Positions 31,403-38,376 of a stretch of 39,681 bases of DNA are shown here, in pieces. A program made the translations under genes and the position numbers. The first letter of the stretch is position 1. Each line of letters starts with the position of its first letter. This stretch comes from a virus. The notes under the pieces are model-generated. The model did not search any database. It had not been told where the DNA came from and saw nothing but the letters and a program-made list of their open reading frames with translations. The DNA is taken from positions 1-39,681 of the IMG/VR virus record IMGVR_UViG_3300045988_096728; one strand, written 5' to 3'.

Positions 31403-32026
31403 TTACACCTTATTCTTTGCCGGCTTATATGAATATTCATATCCATACTTCTTTGCATTTCTGCTAAGCCATTTACTGAGATCTGCATCATAGTTATCAC
31501 TGCTTACCTTAACACTATGAATAGCTTTGCTAAACTCCGCAGCTTTAAAATGTGATTTCTTTTTAATTGTATATGTTCCTGCTCTTCTTTTACTGTATAG
31601 CTTGGGATTTATACCTTTAGGTGGCAATTCGTTTCTGCTGCTCGCTGTTACTGCTTTTTGTCCACTACCTGCCCATGTTTCAAGATCTGTTCCGCTAAAA
31701 TTACCCCATCCATGCGCAGGATGGTTATGTATAAAATGTTTACCCTCGCTTTCAGATGCGTCATAGCTCACACTACCTCTGGAGCCCTTGTAATAATGTG
31801 TCACATATCCATTATCATCCACTTGTACTCCCCATTCCCTAGCACTTTGTGTATGTTTTTCGTTAAAATTCTTGATAACCCTGTCTATACTTCCTGTATT
31901 TTTTGCCCCATTCATCCAGGAAGGAAACATCTTATCAGATGGTTTACCTTTTCCACCTGAAAATGATAGTCCTCTATCTCCTTGTTTTGCCCTATCTGAA
32001 AATGCGCTTGCTCCTCTGCCGCCCAA
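31403..32026 (-). CDS. JAB/MPN-like (RadC-type HNHP motif) protein
   Basis: REWGVQVDDNGYV..GKHFIHNHPAHGWGNFSGTDLE approximates E..HxH-x(7-8)-S-xx-D; TTG 32026 has GGAGGT 7-8 nt upstream (ORF open to GTG 32041, no SD). Confidence 0.4.
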   Translation of the reverse strand: MGGRGASAFSDRAKQGDRGLSFSGGKGKPSDKMFPSWMNGAKNTGSIDRVIKNFNEKHTQSAREWGVQVDDNGYVTHYYKGSRGSVSYDASESEGKHFIHNHPAHGWGNFSGTDLETWAGSGQKAVTASSRNELPPKGINPKLYSKRRAGTYTIKKKSHFKAAEFSKAIHSVKVSSDNYDADLSKWLSRNAKKYGYEYSYKPAKNKV

Positions 32027-32041
32027 CTGTTTTACCTCCAC

Positions 32042-32072
32042 GAAAAAAGGACACTTCTTCTTGAAGTGTCCT
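32042..32072 (-). terminator. strong rho-independent terminator (perfect 10-bp stem)
   Basis: Minus strand: aggacacttc-aagaa-gaagtgtcct tttttcg. Confidence 0.8.
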
Positions 32073-32095
32073 AATATACTTTATCTGTATAATAT

Positions 32096-32377
32096 CTATT
32101 CTTCCTCTATTGGGAACCACAAACTACTGTCGTCATTCACACACATACATAAAGGATTGTTAAATGCATCCTCCTCAGATTCCCAAAACTCTTTAAGTTT
32201 TTTATCTCCAAGCATTCCATTCTCATAGAGGTCATCTATATTCTTGAATGTTATCTCCTCATCCGTATCATAATTAACGATTGATGCCGGACTATAATAT
32301 ATAAAATAATCTCCAATCCTGAATGCCTGAGCTTTCTTCATATGATGTAAAAACGTGTCCTTAAGCATATCTCCCAC
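32096..32377 (-). CDS. hypothetical protein
   Basis: 93-aa ORF abutting the ParB-like stop; start is GTG 32377 or ATG 32368. Confidence 0.55.
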   Translation of the reverse strand: MGDMLKDTFLHHMKKAQAFRIGDYFIYYSPASIVNYDTDEEITFKNIDDLYENGMLGDKKLKEFWESEEDAFNNPLCMCVNDDSSLWFPIEEE

Positions 32378-33418
32378 CTAACCTCTCTTAAATGCTTTAT
32401 TGTCATAATACTTCACCTGAATACTATCAAGGAATTTATAACCTATATCGCCGCCATATACAAGCACTCTCTTTGGCTTGATGCGCTTGAGTGCTTCTGT
32501 CATTCCATTATACCACATCTGCTTATTTTCGTCATCCAGCTTCACTCCAATAGTTGATACTGAAACCGTTCCACCCTGCTGTATACCGTCAAAACAAAAT
32601 GTATATGTTTCTTTCTCAGCCCATGAAAGCGTTGGTATTACTGTTATCCCACAATCCTGCATCATCTGACCGATGAGGCGACTTCTGTATACGTTCCATA
32701 TCTTCATAGGCATTGGCATATCCATATACAGACTAAAATCCGGAGTGAATACACAGTCAAACTCTCTCAGCTTGTCCATATACTGCTGTGGGCTGTTCCA
32801 GATCCGTTCAAACTGGTAGTCATCAATGTAAAAATGTACTCCACATTTACGCTTCTTTGTGGATAGTACATAATTGAATGATATCAATTCTTCCGGCTCT
32901 GCATCCTGTGCCTCAATGACCGGCATCTGGTAAAATCCCTCTGCCCTTGCTCCATCAAAATCATCAAGGTTGTATGCCTCATATGTCCGTTCCCTTTCAT
33001 CTCCGTAATATCCGGCATCGTCATCCTCGTCATCGAGAAGATCAGGAACATCAAAGCCAAAGTCTGACATATCAAAATCTGCTATATCTGTAAGCTCTTG
33101 TGTAAGCAGATCCAGATCAAAACCACTGTTCATAGTCAGTTTATTGTGTGCCAGAATATATGCTTTCTTCTGCTGCTCTGTAAGGTCAGTAAGTCTGACA
33201 CATGGCAGTTTGGTATATCCAAGCTCTTTAGCAGCTATAAGTCGTCCATGCCCCTCTATCAGAACATTGTTCTCATCAACTGCAAGCGGATCATTGAATC
33301 CAAAATCTCTGATAGACTGCTTGATCTGCTCAATCTGTTCCTGCGGATGCTTCTTTGCATTCTTGGCATATGGTATTAAATTTTCGACTGATACATTCTC
33401 AATCTCCATCTCTATCAC
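32378..33418 (-). CDS. ParB-like N-terminal nuclease domain + DUF4417 fusion protein
   Basis: ..LIPYAKNAKKHPQEQIEQIKQSIRDFGFNDPLAVDENNVLIEGHGRLIAA.. (ParB-N); C-terminal ..FYIDDYQFERIW..VFTPDFSLY..W.VYRSR..G (DUF4417 pattern). Confidence 0.85.
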   Translation of the reverse strand: MIEMEIENVSVENLIPYAKNAKKHPQEQIEQIKQSIRDFGFNDPLAVDENNVLIEGHGRLIAAKELGYTKLPCVRLTDLTEQQKKAYILAHNKLTMNSGFDLDLLTQELTDIADFDMSDFGFDVPDLLDDEDDDAGYYGDERERTYEAYNLDDFDGARAEGFYQMPVIEAQDAEPEELISFNYVLSTKKRKCGVHFYIDDYQFERIWNSPQQYMDKLREFDCVFTPDFSLYMDMPMPMKIWNVYRSRLIGQMMQDCGITVIPTLSWAEKETYTFCFDGIQQGGTVSVSTIGVKLDDENKQMWYNGMTEALKRIKPKRVLVYGGDIGYKFLDSIQVKYYDNKAFKRG

Positions 33419-33560
33419 CTTCTCAGCTTCAGTATAGGTTTGAAGCTGTTACTTTCTTCACACTCTCCCAAATCATATATCAAACAAAATAGCCCAGTGG
33501 CAAGAGATTATCATTCACATTAAAGGGGTGGGAGAGGGTTTGTATAACCACTGGGCATAA

Positions 33561-33596
33561 GAAAAGGGACACAACCTATGGCAACGGCTATGTCCC
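33561..33596 (-). terminator. weak hairpin + T-run after the late-regulator gene
   Basis: Minus strand: gggaca..(19 nt)..tgtccc ttttctt. Confidence 0.35.
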
Positions 33597-33647
33597 TTAT
33601 GAATCAATACTATATAATTTTACCACTACAGTATATCACAGTTGCTA

Positions 33648-33697
33648 GGTGCTATTCGGTGCTAAATGGTGCTAAATGGTGCTATTTGGTGTCAACT
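33648..33697. repeat. five tandem 10-bp repeats GGTGCTAWWT (last one degenerate)
   Basis: ggtgctattc ggtgctaaat ggtgctaaat ggtgctattt ggtgtcaact; helical-turn phasing; overlaps the stop of 33692..34111. Confidence 0.85.
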
Positions 33698-34111
33698 TTT
33701 CAAAATCTTTATCCGAAATGCCTCAAGAGCAACTCCATGAATATGTTTTGTCCTGTCATATGAATACTTTATTTCAGATGCTATATCCTTTAACGACTTG
33801 TACTCTATATACTTCTTAAACAGAATCTTCATGTAGATAGGATTGTTCAAACTGTGGATCTGATTGATCACTCTATGCTTGAGTTCCGCAAATCTTACAA
33901 TATCCTCCTGCAGCTCTCTCTCAAAATCAACATACTTCGCTATTTTCCCGCTTATTGATTCAGATGCACTTGTCTGTACCTTTTCCTTTGAATAGTCAAA
34001 TGCCCCTAAGCCTATTGCATTGCCTTTAAGGCTATCTAATTCTATCTTCTTCTGCTGTATTTTCGCATCAAGCGTTTCTACCTGTTTCAGGTACTCTTTC
34101 GCTATATTCAC
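33692..34111 (-). CDS. DUF1492 / sigma-70 region-4-like late transcriptional regulator
   Basis: N-terminal MNIAKEYLKQVETLDAKIQQKKIELDSL and C-terminal ..ILFKKYIEYKSLKDIASEIKYSYDRTKHIHGVALEAF fit the DUF1492/ArpU-RinA-like class; last gene before the packaging region. Confidence 0.65.
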   Translation of the reverse strand: MNIAKEYLKQVETLDAKIQQKKIELDSLKGNAIGLGAFDYSKEKVQTSASESISGKIAKYVDFERELQEDIVRFAELKHRVINQIHSLNNPIYMKILFKKYIEYKSLKDIASEIKYSYDRTKHIHGVALEAFRIKILKS

Positions 34112-34127
34112 TACCTTATCACCTCAC

Positions 34128-34514
34128 TTACTTGTTTTCCCTGATGGAAAACTCTATTCCGGTTTCTTCCCTCAGTGCATCTATGAAATCATCCCAGATC
34201 ACATCTCCATCACATATACACTCTGTCTTCAAATTGAATCGGTCAAAGAACTGTTTGATCCTTTTCTGCCCAAATCCAAACTCATCTCTCAACACCATGC
34301 AAGACATAATCAGCACAGTATCGATCGTATTCATCTTGATCTTCTCAACTGATTCTTCCAGTTGTGCTTGATTGATCTCTAACGGAATGAACATAGCTCT
34401 CCTTACTGCAAGCTCTTTCTTAGCCTCTTCCATGCCCTTATCCTCGATCAGCTTCATGATCCATATTGCACCAGCCATTCTTGCCTCATGTAATTTTCTA
34501 TCCGACTTAGCCAT
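34128..34514 (-). CDS. hypothetical protein
   Basis: 128-aa ORF in the operon; no motif recognised. Confidence 0.6.
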   Translation of the reverse strand: MAKSDRKLHEARMAGAIWIMKLIEDKGMEEAKKELAVRRAMFIPLEINQAQLEESVEKIKMNTIDTVLIMSCMVLRDEFGFGQKRIKQFFDRFNLKTECICDGDVIWDDFIDALREETGIEFSIRENK

Positions 34515-34677
34515 GATAATTCACCTCACTTCTGATCTGATCCGTGATGTGCTCCCACTCACGGATGAATCTGAACGCCCATAATGCCGGATATTTCGAC
34601 CTGCCAAGTTTATCTGATATTCGACTTGCTCTATTCCATTCTGGCTCACTTGCTATACTATCTGGTATTCTTGGCAT
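34507..34677 (-). CDS. small protein (56 aa)
   Basis: Not in the ORF track. MPRIPDSIASEPEWNRASRISDKLG..; GGAGGTG 6 nt upstream of ATG 34677; ATGGCTAA overlap with the next gene. Confidence 0.5.
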   Translation of the reverse strand: MPRIPDSIASEPEWNRASRISDKLGRSKYPALWAFRFIREWEHITDQIRSEVNYHG

Positions 34678-34680
34678 ATC

Positions 34681-35187
34681 TTACACCTCCATTTCTAATA
34701 AATCCGGATTGTCAAAAATATTGCCGATAACCTCTACTGTGTTTACCGAATCATCCTCATCATTAAAATTCCAATAGATTTCCCACAATGATATATAATT
34801 ATCGTTTTCGCAAGCATATAAAATGTTTCCACATCCTGTAATACGCATGATATTGGCTTGTATTTCTTCCCAATCAATATTTTTTCGATATCCAATGCCA
34901 AAGCCGCCACATGTAAATTTGATAACTCCTCTATGTCCTAAGAGTTCCACAATATCATTCTCCCAAATCAGCGTGCCGTTCTTGTCTTTCAAGCCTGTGC
35001 ATTGACAGATTGTGGATGGGCCTATTTCGTTCCACCCATCTGTTTCGCCATTAGAATAAAATATTGTGGCAGGTTCAAAAATTAGATGAACTTCTTTGTC
35101 ATACATATCTAAACCTTTTACATAATATCCTGTAACCCATTCACCATTATCAACTCTCTTCGCCTTGAATAAATATCTATTTTCCAT
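34681..35187 (-). CDS. YopX-family protein (paralog 1)
   Basis: YLFKAKRVDNGEWV..QCTGLKDKNGTLIWENDIV..VIGNIFDNPDLLE is the YopX signature. Confidence 0.85.
   Translation of the reverse strand: MENRYLFKAKRVDNGEWVTGYYVKGLDMYDKEVHLIFEPATIFYSNGETDGWNEIGPSTICQCTGLKDKNGTLIWENDIVELLGHRGVIKFTCGGFGIGYRKNIDWEEIQANIMRITGCGNILYACENDNYISLWEIYWNFNDEDDSVNTVEVIGNIFDNPDLLEMEV
34949..35016. repeat. 68-nt segment about 90% identical to 35842..35909 (YopX core duplication)
   Basis: acaatatcattctcccaaatcagcgtgccgttcttgtctttcaagcctgtgcattgacagattgtgga compared with the second copy. Confidence 0.85.
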
Positions 35188-35620
35188 TTTCTTCACATCT
35201 CAATTCTTTCAGCTTTGCTTCGGCTTCGGATTTTTTCAAAAATACCGACTTGCCGATTTCACTTTCTGCAAAACTTCCTGTGATACTTCCGCTCAAGTTT
35301 TCATAATAGAATACGGCTTCTTTTGTTGTAACAGGTTCACAAATGTATTCTTCGCATTCACCAAATGAAAAGGCTGTTATTGTACATGCAAAAGGTATGC
35401 CATAGTCAATATCCCATACTGTATCCCCCACCTTGCAAGGTAACTTGATAAGTCTGCCATGCTTCTCTAAGTCCTCATACTCTGCAAGTTTTTCAAGTGC
35501 CTGTATTGCCATTCCATAAGCATTTTCAAAAGAACTTCCCCATGAAGTATCACATGGAATTGCTTTACCAAGTTCATTGCAATCATATTTTAGTTCTTCG
35601 ATAGCTTCACGCTCTGTCAT
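35177..35620 (-). CDS. hypothetical protein
   Basis: MTEREAIEEL.. with C-terminal ..FLKKSEAEAKLKEL; ATG 35620 is 1 nt after the upstream stop. Confidence 0.6.
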   Translation of the reverse strand: MTEREAIEELKYDCNELGKAIPCDTSWGSSFENAYGMAIQALEKLAEYEDLEKHGRLIKLPCKVGDTVWDIDYGIPFACTITAFSFGECEEYICEPVTTKEAVFYYENLSGSITGSFAESEIGKSVFLKKSEAEAKLKELRCEENGK

Positions 35621-35621
35621 A

Positions 35622-36095
35622 TTATTCCTCACTTTCTAATAATTCTGGATTGTCAGATATGTTGCCAATAACTTCTATATCAACCATATGAATCCAATAA
35701 CCAAAATCTTTTCTGTAATATTTAGTATACTTTCCCGACCAATCTACATAAAATCCGATATGCTCTGCTTTTGTGCTATCAAAACAGTTTTGATAACTGC
35801 CATATCTAATTGGTGCGCACGCATCACTGAAGAAATCTTTTACAATATCATTCTCCCAGATCAGCTTACCGTTCTTATCTTTCAAGCCTGTGCATTGGCA
35901 GATGGTGGAGGGGTCTACTTCAATGGCATATATTTCAGCAGTCCACATATTTTCTTCTAAATAATGAGTTCTTAATAAATTTTCATTATCTTTTATCAGA
36001 ATTACCGTTTTCCCTTCAATTTCAAAAGGTACTCCTTGCACCCATTCTCCGTTATCAAGCCTCTTTGCCTTGAATAAATACCTATCTTTCATCAT
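35622..36095 (-). CDS. YopX-family protein (paralog 2)
   Basis: YLFKAKRLDNGEWV..QCTGLKDKNGKLIWENDIV..VIGNISDNPELLE; GAGGAGGAGAG 5 nt upstream of ATG 36095. Confidence 0.85.
   Translation of the reverse strand: MMKDRYLFKAKRLDNGEWVQGVPFEIEGKTVILIKDNENLLRTHYLEENMWTAEIYAIEVDPSTICQCTGLKDKNGKLIWENDIVKDFFSDACAPIRYGSYQNCFDSTKAEHIGFYVDWSGKYTKYYRKDFGYWIHMVDIEVIGNISDNPELLESEE
35842..35909. repeat. second copy of the YopX core repeat
   Basis: See 34949..35016. Confidence 0.85.
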
Positions 36096-36330
36096 CGTCA
36101 CTCTCCTCCTCATCAATTACTAAGTCCGAAAACTCTGATTCAATCAATTCTTCTGGACTTGAATAGTTATTTTCTCCATCAGGTTGTGCATAATAAACCG
36201 TATCCTCATCACATTCACCATCCTGCTTTAATTCAAAGTACAGATCATATAAATCTCCACCATAATCCTCATCCCAAAGAGACGTGTCTTCTTCACTATA
36301 ATGCTTGCCCTTATATTCATATATTTTCAT
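36082..36330 (-). CDS. hyper-acidic small protein
   Basis: 82 aa; by my count 30 D/E against 5 K/R. Confidence 0.6.
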   Translation of the reverse strand: MKIYEYKGKHYSEEDTSLWDEDYGGDLYDLYFELKQDGECDEDTVYYAQPDGENNYSSPEELIESEFSDLVIDEEESDDDER

Positions 36331-36334
36331 CCAC

Positions 36335-36613
36335 TTATACCTCTCTTTCTGCCATAAGCCAGTTCAATGTACATTCCTGGCAAAACTTATCATCCTTGTG
36401 GCATTCTACTTCATCAAACCCTATCTCATTCGGGCACATTACAATCTGTGCAAGATCAACATCACTGAGCGACCGGATATAATCTCCGTTGGTCATTGGC
36501 TCATAGTTATCCGTCGCATTCTTGGTACAGTGTACACATGGCTCATCTGTTTTATATCTACTCTGATATTTGCATGTCTCACAGCTCTTATCCTGTACTG
36601 GTACTATTTCCAT
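36335..36613 (-). CDS. Cys-rich hypothetical protein
   Basis: CETC..CVHC and C..C..FCQEC clusters. Confidence 0.55.
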   Translation of the reverse strand: MEIVPVQDKSCETCKYQSRYKTDEPCVHCTKNATDNYEPMTNGDYIRSLSDVDLAQIVMCPNEIGFDEVECHKDDKFCQECTLNWLMAEREV

Positions 36614-36843
36614 CGAATCTCTCCTCTCCTGATCATCTCAACAATATCTATTCTGGTGAAGCTCTCCCGGTAGCCGTATTCACTCTTCATCACTATGTGA
36701 TGATCGTAAACCTCCACAATGGTCCATTTCTTCCATGTCATGATAAAATTCCGCCCACTGGTGGTTTCTTTTGTATGGATTCGCACGACCTGCCCCGGTC
36801 GGCAGATCATGTTGTATGTAATTTCTATCTCAAAATTTGTCAT
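36604..36843 (-). CDS. hypothetical protein
   Basis: 79-aa ORF in the operon. Confidence 0.55.
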   Translation of the reverse strand: MTNFEIEITYNMICRPGQVVRIHTKETTSGRNFIMTWKKWTIVEVYDHHIVMKSEYGYRESFTRIDIVEMIRRGEIRWK

Positions 36844-36857
36844 GTTGTTTCTCCTTT

Positions 36858-37592
36858 TTACTCTGCCAGAAATTTATTTACAAAATACTGCTGTCCCTTA
36901 CCGGTAACCTTTGGTGTTCTGTTGATCCGGATTGAACCATCCGGGTTATTGATTGTGCTTTCTTTCACCTCAAACAGTTTCATCTCCATACTTCTCTGAG
37001 TTGGCATATTCCAATCTGAGCCATTTCGTCTGATAAGATAGCCATTGTCACGAAGCCACTTAAATAAACGCTTCTGACCGATGTTTACACCATTCTGGTT
37101 TATGAGCTTTGCAAGGTCTCCGATCAATATGGATGTATGACTTGTAGCAACTGCATCGGCGAATATTGCCTTTGGCTTCATGGTCTCTATCTGCCTGTCT
37201 CTCTCCATTATCTTGTTCTGAGCCACCTGCAACGCTCTGGCCATCAGTTCATCATCCGACATGGTTTCCTGTCCGGCTATGTAACCGCCGTTCTTGCGGA
37301 TGGATGGAAGTACCTCACTTGTCACCCACTTACGAAACTTCTTAGCGTTCGGTTTATCACTTCTCAAAATAACCGTATATAAACCACTTTCTGTTATAAA
37401 ATTTGTTTCGCCCTGACGCCCTAAGTCTAACTTAGTACGTTCATCATCATCTAATCTCTGTGCAACTATGGTGGGATTGCTCATTTCCAATGCTTTGCAA
37501 ATGTCTATCAAGCAAAACATAGGCTCATCATCCACAACCGCTGTTCTGATCTCTCCAAATTCTTTGTTCTCAAATATTTTTAAATTGTTCAT
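36858..37592 (-). CDS. antirepressor (Bro-N domain + KilAC/ANT C-terminal domain)
   Basis: LKIFENKEFGEIRTAVVDDEPMFCLIDICKAL.. (Bro-N); ..FADAVATSHTSILIGDLAKLINQNGVNIGQKRLFKWLRDNGYL (KilAC); AAGGAG upstream. Confidence 0.9.
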   Translation of the reverse strand: MNNLKIFENKEFGEIRTAVVDDEPMFCLIDICKALEMSNPTIVAQRLDDDERTKLDLGRQGETNFITESGLYTVILRSDKPNAKKFRKWVTSEVLPSIRKNGGYIAGQETMSDDELMARALQVAQNKIMERDRQIETMKPKAIFADAVATSHTSILIGDLAKLINQNGVNIGQKRLFKWLRDNGYLIRRNGSDWNMPTQRSMEMKLFEVKESTINNPDGSIRINRTPKVTGKGQQYFVNKFLAE

Positions 37593-37685
37593 GTTATCTC
37601 CTTTTCTTCTTGTTTTTTGAATCGGAGTACCCTATAATCAACTTACAAGGTACTCCTTGTGTGTAAGACAATTCTTATGTGCTGG

Positions 37686-37862
37686 CTAGGCGGTTTGAAT
37701 TGTCTTATTTTTTTTAGTTCTTTCACTTGATGTATAATCAATCAATAAATCAACAAATTCCTTACTTAGGCTTTTGTTCATTCGTAAACTGACTACTGCC
37801 TCCTGAAAAGATTCATCTGATAATTCAATCATCAACTTGATAATTTCCATAAGTTCAAGCAT
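37686..37862 (-). CDS. small protein (58 aa) upstream of the antirepressor
   Basis: Not in the ORF track. MLELMEIIKLMIELSDESFQEAVV..; GGAGG 7 nt upstream of ATG 37862. Confidence 0.45.
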   Translation of the reverse strand: MLELMEIIKLMIELSDESFQEAVVSLRMNKSLSKEFVDLLIDYTSSERTKKNKTIQTA

Positions 37863-37874
37863 ATGTATACCTCC
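37860..37874. repeat. 15-nt inverted repeat arm (GGAGGTATACATATG on the minus strand)
   Basis: Identical SD-spacer-ATG cassette to 37959..37973 on the plus strand. Confidence 0.85.
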
Positions 37875-37958
37875 TGTTATTTTTTTACGTCCGTTTCGGG
37901 CGTATATCTTTTGTGAAGTATAGCGTACAATATGGGCGTAGTCAAGTATTATTTATGT

Positions 37959-37973
37959 GGAGGTATACATATG
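37959..37973. repeat. 15-nt inverted repeat arm (GGAGGTATACATATG)
   Basis: See 37860..37874. Confidence 0.85.
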
Positions 37974-38201
37974 TTTGGTAAAAGGCTTCGCCAAATACGA
38001 ATGAAAAATGGTTTTACTCAGCAAAGAACTGCTGATTTACTTGGTATAACCTTACGCTCATATCAAAAGTATGAGCAGGGTGAACGATCACCATCTTTGG
38101 ATTGTCTCGTTAAAATAGCTGACATTTTTAATGTATCTCTCGATTATCTGTTATGTAGGGATGCATTTATTCAATCTCACGCAAAATCCTCTGATGAATA
38201 G
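37971..38201 (+). CDS. XRE-family HTH regulator on the lysogeny strand
   Basis: MFGKRLRQIRMKNGFTQQRTADLLGITLRSYQKYEQG; GGAGG 7 nt upstream of ATG 37971. Confidence 0.75.
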   Translation: MFGKRLRQIRMKNGFTQQRTADLLGITLRSYQKYEQGERSPSLDCLVKIADIFNVSLDYLLCRDAFIQSHAKSSDE

Positions 38202-38358
38202 AAAACAAATCCTCTAAGTTATCCCAGATCTCAAAATCACCGGTTCGGTCTCCAGATTCTATCTTTTGGTAATATCTGAGACCGATACCTAAATAATCGG
38301 CAACTCCCTGTTGTGTCATTCCTTTTGTTTTTCTGGCATTTTTTAAATTATTTCTCAT
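38167..38358 (-). CDS. XRE-family HTH regulator
   Basis: LKNARKTKGMTQQGVADYLGIGLRYYQKIESG; GGAGGTGG 5 nt upstream of ATG 38358; 3' end overlaps the plus-strand XRE gene by 35 nt. Confidence 0.75.
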   Translation of the reverse strand: MRNNLKNARKTKGMTQQGVADYLGIGLRYYQKIESGDRTGDFEIWDNLEDLFSIHQRILREIE

Positions 38359-38376
38359 AATAACCACCTCCGTTTA

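Noticed and set aside
33525-33538. G-rich tract GGGGTGGGAGAGGG as a G-quadruplex
   Set aside because: There are only three G-runs of three or more, so it does not meet the four-run requirement.
33648-33697. Possible CRISPR-like array (the same question applies to 12940..13370 and 1858..1911)
   Set aside because: The units are 10, 42 and 12 nt with no spacers between them. Two of the arrays are in-frame coding repeats. No CRISPR repeat-spacer architecture is present anywhere in the window.
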